From: Azolla caroliniana
Lineage: Eukaryota; Plantae; Polypodiophyta
Reading direction: 5' to 3'
NCBI GenBank assembly: GCA_043228905.1
Contig: JBHGNT010000016.1
Location: 6,448,001 to 6,512,000, forward strand
DNA length: 64,000 nt
Shown here: piece by piece, positions 1-12,475 of the stretch
How the letters are laid out: every line of letters begins with the position of its first letter
Position numbering within the stretch: position 1 is the first letter of the stretch
The notes under the pieces: generated by a model
What the model saw: only the letters and a program-made list of their open reading frames with translations
The model's database searches: none
What the model was told of the DNA's origin: nothing
Translations under genes and position numbers: made by a program

Positions 1-90
1 TAGCAAACTGAAGGTGTCAAAGAAACGAAAAAACCATTTGAGAATCATTGCTGATGATTTTACATAGTAAAAGAGATCCGAAGCAATCAC

Positions 91-234
91 CTGAGCAAGT
101 GTAGCAGGCATAACAATTGTCACGTCGCCTTCCCAATCTTGCGCAAACAGCTTAGCAATGCCACCCATAGGGAATCCTAACTCCCAAATTTGGTTGCATC
201 TGTGCTTCACCTCCATCTCTGACAAACGAGCCAG
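91..234 (-). CDS. SDP1: Internal exon of patatin-like triacylglycerol lipase SUGAR-DEPENDENT1 (partial gene; 3' part continues left of the window)
   Basis: Manual translation gives [48 protein letters not shown], matching the plant SDP1 motif [39 protein letters not shown]. The 144-bp exon is bounded by a CAG acceptor and a GT donor. Confidence 0.88.
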
Positions 235-1822
235 CTGCATGAAGAAAACAACTGCTTAATAAGTAAATGCATAATTATGAAATTTATTGTACCAATTTCA
301 GCACATTTCAGTGGAAAAAACCAATGCTACCTTAAAAATGTCTGCCATATGGACATAGCAAGACTACTCAGAAGAGCTGAACTGGCATGTACCAAAGCTA
401 GGTATTTTAAATAAAAAAGTGTAAGTTCAGGCTAGAAATTTGGGACACCCTGTAAAGTGAAAATTTGCCCTGGCACATAGGAATGAACATTTCTGCACAT
501 ATAAAATAAGTCCAATTTGTAGAAATAATTGTTGAAACAGCATTACACAGGGCCCTGACGCTCAAAGGGGTGAGCCCTTAACAATATGGTACAATTCTAT
601 TAGAACATTTGTCTATATATATATAATATTATCAGCTTATGAGGAGCACACCATTGTTGCAATGCAACTCCCAAAACCCTGCAAAGTTGTTAGTTGTTCA
701 TATCTTTCTAACCCACACTGAAGCATGTGTGATCAATATGTTTATTTTACTTGCTGTTCTGGCATTGCATTTCAAGACTATTATTCTGGTTGTCAAATGA
801 GTTCAATTGTGCGCTTCTAGCCAGCTACCATATATTGGCTAACAATTTCGTCTCTATCTATTATAGCTTAAAATATGGAAGTGAAACTTTCCAAGCATCA
901 GGATAATATACTGATCGACAGAATTGGTTAGATTTGCTTCAGCGGTTGGTTCCATCTCCTCTGCACAGATACTGGCTTTATTGCCAACTCCAGGATAGTA
1001 AAATTTGACTGAAGTCTGGATTTGCTCATCTACTACATTAGACACTCGTATGGCAGAGGATTTTGACTTTGACTCCTTGGACTTATGCTCCATGTTTTTC
1101 ATTTGCACTAGCGGTATTCTGTTAAGGATAATTTATTGTACTAGAGGAACAACAGTGAATTTAATTGAGGCATAATTTCCATTTACTTCACAAATAACAC
1201 ATTTCCCTTTTTCCATCCAAGTTTTTTTTCCAGATGCATTTTTCTAATGGTACTCCTTTTTTATCCTTTGCATTGACTGGAATCCTGCTTGAAAGGCTCC
1301 ATGGACTTCAAGAGTTCCCCACCAATGTCTTTATTGTGGTTGTATGATTTACTAGAGAATCCTTCCTCCTGGAAATGTTTTTGCCTGGGAACTCTACTTG
1401 GCTGCCTTTAAATCCTGTTGTACTTCCTTGCAATAAAGCAATTGGCCATGTTTTTGAGTGTGACAATGGATGCATTCTCTATACAATTGTGTCATTTTCG
1501 TCACACTAAACTTTCTTAAATATTCGCTAATTTCTTTGGGTAAACCTATTACACAATGAAACTGTCCTGAAAGATCTAACATCTAATAGGACATTAAGAA
1601 TATGACTTTCTTCACTGCAAGTCATTTTAAACTGGCTATGTTTTCACATTCAATCTTCAGATAAAAATATGCAAATGGCCACTATATATTCCTAGCACCA
1701 CCTTGTAGATAACAATTTCCCCTAGCATTTCAGTCCAAGATCATGCAAATATTATAAATAAATCCATTATCGCTCCCTTCCAGGATCTTCCACAACTTTG
1801 GAAGAGGAGAAGATTGAGACGA

Positions 1823-1922
1823 NNNNNNNNNNNNNNNNNNNNNNNNNNNNNNNNNNNNNNNNNNNNNNNNNNNNNNNNNNNNNNNNNNNNNNNNNNNNNN
1901 NNNNNNNNNNNNNNNNNNNNNN
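1823..1922. other. Assembly gap (100 N, size probably unknown)
   Basis: Run of exactly 100 N. Confidence 0.99.
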
Positions 1923-1999
1923 AGCAATCACCCCTCGCTTCTTTTTGGGAAAAAAAAAAAACTACGTCTCTATGTATGTCTCGAGTCTCGAGCTCGAAG

Positions 2000-2330
2000 C
2001 CTAAGTTAAAGAAGAAGGGCAAGGGATCAAATTTACTAGAGAGACATATACATATAGCGAGATTTGTTTTTTTAAGGGGTCGTAGTATTGATTAGCGGCA
2101 GCAAAAGAATAAGAGATCGGGGAGAATAATGGATTAAGCATGTTGAACTTATTTTCTCGAATGGACAAGATTTTGGGCCTCTTCTGGACCATTTGGATGG
2201 CCCACAATAATAAGGTCTTTGATTGAAACCAACTCCATGAAGTTGGCTTCTTTAAGAAGTTCCTCATGCAATCTCTATTTGATTGTTTGTAACTTAGAGA
2301 CATCATACTGCAAATTTACACACTTTACTT
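2000..2330 (+). mobile_element. Degenerate LINE (L1-type) ORF2 C-terminal remnant
   Basis: Translation near 2163-2223, DKILGLFWTIWMAHNNKVFD, resembles the W.IWK.RN..VF motif at the end of plant L1 ORF2; the frame is interrupted by stops. Confidence 0.45.
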
Positions 2331-4181
2331 TGCGTGCTTCTAAGCTCTTTAGTGTCAATTATTAGTGTCTAATTGACGATTTTATATTTCTCTTTATTCT
2401 TTGATGGTTTTCACCTCACTTTGAGGTTTCCCACTAGTAATAAAAGTGGTACTACAAAAAAAAACACGCTTAACCACACCCGAGCAAAGGACATGATACA
2501 AACATAAAAACTATCATTGTCCGATACCACCAATATATTACCTTTATGTTATACCTTTGGACGTTGAATAATGGATTCAAATGAAAGAGCTTAGCCACAC
2601 AAATAGAGTCTCAACAACATGTCGAGGTGACATGATGAAGGGGGTAGGTAGTCAATCCCCTTTCTATAATTCAATACCAAAAGCTCCCAAAACCCACTAC
2701 ATGTTCCCATGCATCATAGGTCCCATAGATTTATCCCAACTCTTAAGCTAACTAGTTTCTCGACTATCCATAATCCTACCATTAACTTAACCCATTAAAA
2801 TTAGATATACAATTGGTCCATAAATACCTTAAAAAATTAGCACACTAAAATTCATAGACCAAATTGGACCTATGGGTGTGAGCATGAAAATGTGAGGCAA
2901 GAGAGAGAATTCATCTCATACATTAACTAAATATTTCCCCAAAGGTTACGTCGTCGTTATTCACCCTCTTCTATATTTTGTTGGTTCAGCCTAATGCTTT
3001 GCTTTATTATTGGTTTCTTATGTTTGCTTATATCTCATGTTGATCTATGATATATGGTTTGAAGTAACTTATTATCATTATATATGTTCACTTGATGGGG
3101 AAAAAACTTTTCCTCTTTCGTATGTTACTCTTCATTCATATATATATATATTATCCATTGGATTGAGATTATGATATCATGTGAGTAGTTTGATAATGGC
3201 CTTGCCAATAGTTAGCCATTACATCCACGTGGTCATGGGCCATGGGTATGTGAGGGAATGTGAACTTCCATACATAACTATTGTGGTGATAGACTCAACA
3301 CACTCCACGAGCACCATCGTGTCATCCAATTGCATCCAAACATTTGTCATTTGTAGGGGGTACAACAAACGTCAGAACCAAGATCTTCCAAAAACTTTGA
3401 AACTATAGAAGTTGATTTTGAGGAGCTCTTGATAGTTACTGATTTTGGTCTTTCTAGAAGCATTATTAAATCGTGTTTGTGGTAGTTACATAGAAATTAA
3501 GCAAACTATGTTTAGTAAATCTCATGTTGAGGTACACATGTTTTGGTCATAGACAATGAACTCAAAGGTACAAGTAAAGCATTGAGATCTCATGTGTTTT
3601 AAGATTTTAGACACCAATTGCTTCATTCGGCTAGCCTCAAATTACATAACATCATTTCAGCAGTATACATATAGAAGACCGAGGATGGATGAAGGACAAA
3701 ACTTTATCCAACTTACCCAAAATCACAAACTCGATTTAATTGAAAAAGACGCAATAATGAACACACGGAAAGGTCGGAGAGACGAATACAAACAAATTTG
3801 TTTTACTCGAGAGTCGAAAGTGAACACTATGAAAATGTATCGATATTTCCCGCAACACAAGGGCTATTATTTGTTATTTATAATTTCCATCGATCAATAT
3901 TTTCCCTTCTATGACTTTTCAACAATCTAAAACAATATCGATGTGGAATTAAAGGCGCTCCACCCATAAAATACGTTTTCTTATTCTTACCTAGTTGCGT
4001 TAAAGGACATAGGTGAGCCAAAATGGTAAACGGATGCAAATGGAATAGATACTTTGCAAGTCTTGCCAAAGTTTATGGCATTCCTTTATGGGCTTTCTTG
4101 TTGAGTTGTCCTTGACAAAGAAACAACTTGTTAATTCGGAAGGTACTTCCTATATCTAATTGACAATGCCATTTATGTAGG

Positions 4182-4547
4182 ACATCTTTGTTTGCCATCA
4201 GATTAAACAAGACAAAAAAAGCCGGCGAAAATAACACAAACAATGGGAACTCCTCCCAGCTGGGAAAAAGCGGTGAATCCGTTTTCGTTACTGGTCTTGT
4301 CTAGGCATGCTTGATACCGATGTGCATGGGGGTACAACACATTGTTTCCTCTGCCCGTGCGTACATCTTTGTTTGTCAATCAGACTAAACAATACAAAAA
4401 GGTAGTAAAAAATATAGCACAAACAATGGGAATTTCCTCCCAGCTGGAAAAAGCGACGAATCCATTTTCATTACTGGTTTGGTCTGGGCGGGCATGCTTG
4501 ATGCAAGATGCGCACGGGGTACAATGTGCATTGTTTCCTTTGCCCGT
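4182..4547. repeat. Diverged tandem doublet, period ~181-189 bp
   Basis: ACATCTTTGTTTG at 4182 and 4363; CACAAACAATGGGAA..CTCCCAGCTGG and ATTGTTTCCT.TGCCCGT are shared by both copies. Confidence 0.85.
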
Positions 4548-4980
4548 ATCGCGTCACTCTGTGTTCGATCCTACGTATTGTACGAATGTGTGTGTGTGTG
4601 GGGGGGGGCCTCAATCTAGGGCGACCAAGCTTCCTCTAGACAAAGGGGTCGTATGCTCGGTATGATTGTCGAGCCAGGCGCCTGCCCAACCGGCATACGG
4701 GGGGTGGGTGTCCGGTTTCATCACGGGAGGGATAGGTAGGCGGGCGGGCGGGCGTTTTCGGGCTCGGGGCCGTGTCAAGAAGTGCCCCACGTAGCACCAC
4801 ACAGAGATCCTCTTACGATATTTTTCAAAATATCATCTCTCTCTCTCTCACAGAGAAGCCCACAAAAAGTGGAGGAGGAAGACCCAAAACAAAAAAAATA
4901 GAGAAAAAAGAGCAAAAATATCTCTTGGAATGTGGGGGGCAGAAAAACAAAAAGTGCCCCCCTGGTCCGAAGTACGGCCC

Positions 4981-5018
4981 TGACGTGGATGCTGACGTCA
5001 CGGCCGCAGGACACGTCA
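4981..5018 (+). promoter_or_regulatory. Cluster of three ACGT-core bZIP-type boxes upstream of the COL gene
   Basis: TGACGTGG (4981), TGACGTCA (4993) and ACACGTCA (5011) lie within 38 bp, ~370-400 bp upstream of the COL ATG. Confidence 0.5.
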
Positions 5019-5025
5019 CCTCCGG

Positions 5026-5325
5026 ACAGAAGGGAGGAGCAGGAAGAAGAAGAAAAAGAAGAAGAAAGGGGGGGGGCAGAGGAAGTAGAAAGGAAGAAGA
5101 AAGAAGCAGAAGAAGAAGAAGAAGAAGAAGAAGAAGAAGAAGAAAGGGGAGAAACAGAGGAAGGAGAAGAAAGGGAAGAGACAGAGGAAGGAGAAGAAAG
5201 GGAAGAGGAGGTGCAGGAAGAAGAAGAAGAAGAAGAAGAAGAAGAAGAAGAAGACAGGGGAGAGGGGAGAGGAAGAAGAAGACAGGGAAGAGGAAGAGGA
5301 AGAGGAGGCCCTGAGAGGAGAGAGG
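5026..5325 (+). repeat. ~300-nt polypurine tract with (GAA)n arrays
   Basis: Almost pure A/G sequence with two ~(GAA)11 runs (~5109-5143, ~5217-5252) and internally duplicated GAAGGAGAAGAAAGGG units. Confidence 0.95.
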
Positions 5326-5379
5326 CATTGGAAATGCCCATCTGAGCATTGATCTGACTACCCATCTCAGAGATCGGAA

Positions 5380-6844
5380 ATGGGCGATCGAGATCCCTAC
5401 CACCCATTGCCTTCCTCCTCCGCTTCGGCCGCACCTCCCCCCACCTGTGACTTCTGCGCAGACAACATCGCCTTCTTGTACTGTAAAGCGGACTCCGCTC
5501 GTCTCTGTCTACTCTGTGATTATCAGGTTCACATCGCGAATTCTCTCTCTTTAAAGCATGCACGCTTCCCTCTCTGCGAGAGCTGCGGATCGCACCCTTC
5601 TTCACTGAACCAACAAGATGAAGGAGGAATTGAAGAAGAAGAGGTAGAAGAAGGTAAAAGCTTCTTCATCTGCCATAGCTGTCACGAAGAAGAAGAAGAA
5701 GAAGAAGAAAGAAACAAAGGCACCGAGCTTTTCCATAATCATAAGAGGAAGGCCAAGAAAATTACTCCATTGACTGGTTGCCTGACTCCAGCCGCGATAT
5801 CAAAGTGTTGGAGTTGGAAGGTGGATGATGCCAATTCTCTTCTTAAAGATGATATGTATTTGTTCAAGAAGTCATTGTTAAGTTTACCTGACATATGGAG
5901 CACTCTCGATGGCTGTGGCACATCTTTTCCTTCTTCATGCTGGGGGAACAACTCAGATTCGTTTTTGGTTCCTGAACTTAATGAGTTGAGTTTCCGGGGA
6001 ACATCAGCGCATCATCTCATGGTGAGAACTTAAGGTCAAATGGTAATGTTATCCTGTTTCGAGTTTCTGTTTAGGTTTTAGTATTCAGTGTTACATGCCT
6101 TCAAAGAAGTTAGGACCTTTTTAATGATCAATGCCTTTAGTAAAAAAATGATCAGGTCTCCTGGTTTAGAGAGAAAGGGGAGTGGTTTACACTGAATTTC
6201 GTGGATTGCAAGTGAGTATTTAGGATATAGCTCTTATGTGTCATGGATTGGAGAGAGAGGGTTTAGGGCAGAGATCAGAAACAAACAGACATTTGAATTT
6301 CAACAGGGATCAGGATATAGAGATCAATGGTTTAAAGAGTAATGTGTGTTCTTGCAAATCTGTAAGTGTCTTGTGTGAACCGTGGATTTGAATGTGTATT
6401 ACAAATATAGTGTGGAGGGTTTAAGATACAGAGATCAGCATTGTTAGGGATTTTTGCACAGGGTAAAGGCTTGTTATGGTAAAGCTCTTAAATGCCTTGG
6501 ATTGGAAGCAAACAGAGATTTGAACCAAAATGGGTTAGTACAGTAATCAATGTTAAAGGTAATTTGGATGTGATAATTCTAGTTAACAAAAGCTCAAAGA
6601 ACTGACAAGAGTCATTCATGACTGAATAGAGTAGCTTCAAATATTAGTTTTATGAGTATGCCGAAAAAAGGACCCTCTAACAACCTGGTTTGTGAACAAA
6701 TCCCAATTATCTTTTGGTTTGTGAACTTTTTTGGTTCTCTGGCTTGAATCACATAAGTGTCTTAAAATTCAAAAGAACAAGTGAGGTAAAAAGGAGAGAG
6801 AGAGAAAGAGAGGAATCAAACTATGATGCCACCAATCCAACAGC

Positions 6845-6887
<43 letters not shown>

Positions 6888-9197
6888 AAAAGGAATGATT
6901 TTTAGGTTTGCAATACAAGTTTAATATCTGAAATGATGTGTTTGTATATGGATATATCATAGAGGGCCTATAAGAAGCAATAAATGTCATGGTTAAAGAG
7001 AATGAAAACATAGTTTAAGTTTAAAATAATTATTGATGAACTTTTTCTTTTTGCATATTTGGGCATGACAGTGCCCGCAGAAAAGAGCATTCAAAGAACA
7101 GCTTGAGAGGTTGCTGAAACAACAATATGTGGCAGAGGCTGTCTCACCAGGACTCCACTATGACTCAGGATATTCAACTGAGCAGTTCGTTATGCCACAA
7201 ACACACAATGACCTAGATACTGAACAAAAGTGCCAATTATCTAGTCAACAGGATGTTGGTTATGTCCATACATTGATGTCAAAATTGGAAGAGATTGGTA
7301 CATGTCCAAATAAATGCGTTTGGTATGGCAATTCAGTTAAGGCAAGTTTACTTCTTAACACAAGCACTACTATTTTTTTGACAGAATTTCTGCGTGACAT
7401 TCTCGAGTATCCAATGAAGCAAATTTTAGGGTTTATGGTACAAGGGTTTCAGTAAAGCCTTAGAATAAAATCTTCTAGATACATAATCAAACTTTTTTCT
7501 CACGTATATTCAAAATAATTAGATAGTTAAATGGCAGTGGAGTTGTGACAAGTTGGTTTTCCAACCCAAGCATTAATGTTTCTTCTTGGACTAGCCAATA
7601 CAATATTCTGTTAGGGTTTATGTAATTCTATTAATCTGGTGGCTTCGTTCAAAATTCTGCATATAAACATTTTCTTATGTTGTAATAAAAAATGTTGGAT
7701 GGATCAGTGACAAAGTGTGGAGAGTCCCCCAGTTTCTCCCTCTACATTTGTAGTCAGATAATCTAACATAACATGAAACAACTCTTCTTAACATCGTCTT
7801 ATTAAATTGTTTGAATGACAATTGATCTTTACTATCAATGTAGGAACGATGGGTATTATTATGTACATTATATCAGATTGGTGACTTGTATTTATCAATT
7901 GTTGAATAAGTTGCATCTAATGAATGCTATATGTGGGAACGTGTATAACAGATTCCTGAAACTGAAGTAAGCACAAGTCATCATGATGCAGATACTCCAC
8001 TGGCGACAAATGAAACAGGCAGGAGTTTGGTAATTGATAATGCTACAGATTTTTTACATCATCCGTCTCACACGAGTAACAATCAGAACATCATGCCAGA
8101 TACACCGCACTTGAAGAAGGCAGAAAATTCAAAGGTTGTGAGTATGCAGGATGCATGATAGTGTTCATGTATGTTTTTTATTTTGTATGATGAGAACCTT
8201 CTCTAGAACTGTTAATCTTATTACTTTCACAGTAATTAGATTTCATGAATGGGATCCGGGTATAGGAGGTTGATATAGTGAACTAATGCGGCTTGTAATT
8301 TGTTGTGACAGTCTTCTAATACTTCAAACAATGCGAGAAGATCAAAGTTTGCGAAAGGATTGGCTTCGGAAATTACTAAATCTTATCATTATGATGATAT
8401 GTCGATGACAAGTAGCATGCAAGGTTATCCAGATGTGCAACAGTCAGAGCAGTTACCAAGTCCTAAAAGTGGAGGCTCAGGTTGTCCAGGTGCACCCCCA
8501 AGCCCTACTGCTGAAGCAATAGCTCAAGCCCGAGACAATGCAATGACACGGTACAAAGAAAAGAGGAGAACTCGCAAGTATGCAAACAGAACTACTTATT
8601 TTTGGCTCATTCAGATTACAGCAACTATCATATGCACCAAAACCTTAGAAAATGAAGCAAGGGCAATATATTCGAGTTAGAAAACCTTAGAAAATGAAGC
8701 AAGGGCAATATATTCATGTTAGACAACCTTAGAAAATGAAGCAAGGGCAATATATTAGAGTTAGAAAACCTTAGAAAATGAAGCAAGAGCAATATATTAA
8801 AGTTCGAAAACCTTAGAAAATGAAGCAAGAGCAATATATTAGAGTTATTTCATTGTTCTTTCCTAGTGGTCCTGATGATAAACTCGTGGAATATATTTGT
8901 GTATGAAGCACACAGATTCTTTACCTATTCCTGATTTGCTTCAACCATTGCTTAAATTTAGACTTCCTGAACTTGCCACCATTTCTTAAGAACCCTTGAT
9001 ATGCCACTCCACACACTTTTTAGTGTTCTATTTAATTTTCTTGATGAACCTTTTACCTGCCTCTTTTCAGGTATGAAAAGGTTATACGATATGAATCACG
9101 TAAAGCCAGAGCAGACATCAGGCAGCGGGTGCGAGGCCGATTTGTAAAAGCAAATAGATTGAATGAAGAACTGGTTGTTTCCGATGACATTGGATGA
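5380..9197 (+). CDS. CONSTANS-like B-box/CCT transcription factor (group III, COL9-15-like); exons ~5380-6021, 7072(or 7081)-7341, 7952-8134(or 8137), 8312-8577, 9071-9197
   Basis: B-box1 CDFCADNIAFLYCKADSARLCLLCDYQVHIANSLSLKHAR; degenerate second Zn finger followed by TGC..A.ISKCW; CCT domain RDNAMTRYKEKRRTRK|YEKVIRYESRKARADIRQRVRGRFVKA split by an intron. Splice sites keep frame; intron 2 uses a GC donor. Confidence 0.9.
8639..8847. repeat. 42-bp minisatellite x5 in the last COL intron
   Basis: Unit AAAACCTTAGAAAATGAAGCAAGGGCAATATATTCGAGTTAG repeated head-to-tail five times with few substitutions and no spacers. Confidence 0.95.
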
Positions 9198-10980
9198 GCT
9201 CTTTTTTGGTTTATAGGATTGCTGGTTTTCAAGATTTCGAAGGATTTACTTTTGTAATGGCGACTTCCACCGGATCCGATTTGTAGATGCTGCACATTAC
9301 TATGTGCACTTCATTGTATGCATTCAGTAAAAAGGTATTCCACGGATGTAAATATGAGACAATTATCTCTATATGTATTATCAACATTTGGTCTAGGGCT
9401 TCTCAAACATTTCTCTCTCTCTCTCTCTCTCTCTCACCATTGCTTCTAGGGGCGTTGGGGCACAAGTGATGACAATAGTTTATTATGCACACTATGCCTT
9501 AAACAAGTTTGAGAGTATTAACTGACACACTTTAATATAATGCTTTGCCTTTTATTACATTTGCCTATGCTTTCCACACATCTTTGACCAAAACCCAATC
9601 CATGCACAAATTTCTTTCATGATCATAGTGTGAACTCTTTCATTAATAAAGTTCTTAAACATTGTGTCTTTTATATTCATTACATGAAAATGATATATAT
9701 TGTCTCCGAGATCGTATTTGAAAAAAAAAAAAAGTGTCTGTGGCTCCCCCCACAAGTTAATGACATGTGGGCATGCATTCTTTTCACATAAAGAGTTTTG
9801 CAACATAGTAACCCTTAAGAAGTCGCATACAAGATATTGTTGATTTGGTACCAAATTTGGTCTCATGGATAATAAAAATATAAATTCTATAAACGTGTAT
9901 CCTTATGCATACTCTTTAGTATATTATAAAGGTTTGCTAACTGCTCCAAAACAATTTCAATACCCATTAGAAATTAATGGCCATGCAATCTTTAGTACCT
10001 TTGAGAGGTGCAATTACTGAATAGGCCATCAGTTTCCGAGGAGATGTATGATACCTCAATGAGGACCAACTCTTACAAATAGGTTATTTTGAAACAATAA
10101 GGGGCATAAATTACAGCATATGCACATATTGGTTTTTTAAGGAACTCTACTGTGATCGGATACTTACATCCAATATGCTTTACGAACGTACGCATCTTAT
10201 TCAAGATTGTATAGCTACCCACAAAAAACTAGAAACATAGTTGGATCAGGGAAATGAAACTTCAATGGAGTACCTAAGCAACAAGACTCTAGCCTTAATA
10301 CTCGAGGGCCATGGGGAGGCGTACACAACTTCTATGGTTAAGAGGTAAACATATAACTTTGCTAGGTCAAGAAGAGTTACCATAAAGTGCTAAATCAGAC
10401 TATGAATAGATATTTTAACATACACACAATAACCTATAAAACAAGCAACAATTCATTGATGCAATTTCAACCTACTAATCTTCATTGATGCAATTTCAAT
10501 GCAAAAAAGGGGGCATTGCATGAAAACAAAGAAAAAGACATCACCTAAACACAACAAAAAAGTGATGCCTTCACTCAGATGCAAAAAATCAATCAATCCA
10601 GCCCTTCTCTTGACATAACAAATAAAGATCATCGAACTCATACCGTAAAAGAATACCCGAACATAACCAGAAAAAGACTGCCTTTCCCTCTGTTCCATAA
10701 AAGAATCTATCAATATACCAAAGAAAAGTATTGCCATTGCAGAAGAGTAAACAAGAGATGCATGAGTTTCCATAACAAAAAAGGAAGAAAAAACTGTCTA
10801 TATGTCCATCCCTATAATTTACATCTCAAGATGACAAGAAAAAATTCTCAAATTTATCTTTATTCACATCTCAAGATGTGAAAAAAGATATGATCTTATC
10901 TTCAATCGTCGCCATTTCCATCATTGCATCATTTCACTTCAATCATATCATATCCCAAACAATCATCACTAATCACGTCT

Positions 10981-11571
10981 CTACATCTCATCTTCCATAC
11001 GAAGATATTCGCCGACGTCTGATTGATGATAAGCCACGATGCCATTAGGGTCCAGCTTTCTACAATCTTGGGTGCTTTTAGCAGCCACACCAAACCCTAA
11101 TGGTATGTCAGACATAGACAACATAACAACCCCTTGATTCTGCACAGTGTTATCAGTGATTCTAGCAAGGCCAGACTTGACCACATGATTCCCATACAAA
11201 AACGACATCTCTGCGGATGGCTTAAGCCATATCTTATACTTCGCATGTGAAGCAAGAAGATCTAGGCATGAAGCAACGAGATGGAACTTTCCAGATTTGG
11301 TGAACTTACCGATACAAGTCCCAAGACCAACAAGCTTCTCCCTTGATATGTTGATTGCTTTCTTCACTAAGGTTTCACTGACATAGAACACACGGTTCTT
11401 GTGAAGGCGGAAACAATAGCGAACAGTTGAGGATGGATCGGTCTTTCTTCCGTCGTCTTTGGAAGAGGTTTCCAAGGCGGGTCGATCGATGAGGTGTTTT
11501 AGGTTGGAGCCCACGAATTTGTGAAGCTTTTCGAAGACGGCGGTGGTCTCCTGCTCGTCGAGGGGTCTCAT
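10981..11571 (-). CDS. NIP7: 60S ribosome subunit biogenesis protein NIP7 (PUA domain), intronless, 196 aa
   Basis: [96 protein letters not shown]. The true start is the ATG at 11571; the ORF-track start is a TTG. Confidence 0.96.
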   Translation of the reverse strand: MRPLDEQETTAVFEKLHKFVGSNLKHLIDRPALETSSKDDGRKTDPSSTVRYCFRLHKNRVFYVSETLVKKAINISREKLVGLGTCIGKFTKSGKFHLVASCLDLLASHAKYKIWLKPSAEMSFLYGNHVVKSGLARITDNTVQNQGVVMLSMSDIPLGFGVAAKSTQDCRKLDPNGIVAYHQSDVGEYLRMEDEM

Positions 11572-11627
11572 CTTCTGCCTCTCTGTCCGAGTCTGCTGCC
11601 TCTGTTCTTTTTCTAGGTTTAAACCCA

Positions 11628-11636
11628 AAACCCTAA
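11628..11636. promoter_or_regulatory. Telo-box (AAACCCTAA) near the NIP7 5' end; related motifs at ~11745 and ~12011
   Basis: Exact AAACCCTAA 57 bp upstream of the ATG. Telo-boxes are typical of plant ribosome-biogenesis and translation genes. Confidence 0.6.
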
Positions 11637-12110
11637 GTTCAGATCAGAATTCCTTCTCACTGTAAGTCCGTGTATGGTACATATGTGAAGAAGGAAGGGA
11701 GAGAGATGACAGAGGAGGAGGGGTATGTTGGGGAAATTAGCTAAAACCCTAGGGGCATTCTGGGAAATAATAATAATAATAATAATAATAAACCCAAGTC
11801 TAATTTTTCTCTTTTCTCCTATTTTATTCGGAGCATCTCATTTGGTCCCCGAAAATCGGATGGAAATTGCCCTTGAGCTTCTAAAGAGCTTCTAAGCTGT
11901 CTTTACTGATAATTTGTCACGTTTCACCCTAAATCCCCAGAACCCATGTAGTAGAGTTCCTTCACGTTCTGAAGAAGACTGTCGGTAGTTTTTGATCGTT
12001 CGGAAACCATAAACCCTAAACCCTTTTATTCTACTTTTCAATCAATGCTTTGATCGATCGTACTTCAACCCGCATATTTGATTGTATGGATGGTTTTTAA
12101 AGGCAAACAT

Positions 12111-12475
12111 CTCCATGTTGGTTTCCAAAGTAGGTGTCGGGCCATTTCCCATTTTGTCATCAATGCATACTGTGTTACGAGAATAAGCATAAATGATCAT
12201 AAGATAGGTTTTTTGTAGCTTCTCCTAATCTTACGATGAGTATGTGTGGGTCCAGTTTGAAAGGAGCGAGGCTATGAATTGAATTTTACAATTCTCTATG
12301 TTGGTTTCCAAAGGAGATGTCGAGCCATTTCCCATTTTGTCATTGGCATATACTATGTTACAAGAATAAACATAAATGATCATAAGATAGGTTTTTTGTA
12401 GCTTCTCCTAATCTTATGATGAGTATGTGGGTCCATTTCGAAAGGACCGAGGCTATGAATTGAATATTACAATTC
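12111..12475. repeat. Tandem doublet, period ~181-183 bp
   Basis: ATGTTGGTTTCCAAAG at 12115 and 12298; long shared blocks CATAAATGATCATAAGATAGGTTTTT..GTAGCTTCTCCTAATCTTA and GGCTATGAATTGAAT. Confidence 0.92.

Noticed and set aside
1730-2095. ORFs spanning the N run
   Set aside because: Artefacts of translating the assembly gap.
4772-5605. Arg-rich, Ser-rich and Leu-rich long ORFs in several frames
   Set aside because: By-products of the stop-free (GAA)n polypurine tract; no domain content.
8639-8847. CRISPR-like regular repeat
   Set aside because: Head-to-tail units without unique spacers, inside a spliceosomal intron, with no cas genes.
10981-11571. NIP7 as a retrocopy because it is intronless
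   Set aside because: The ORF is intact with telo-box promoter features, and no poly(A) remnant or TSD is seen; lack of introns alone is insufficient.
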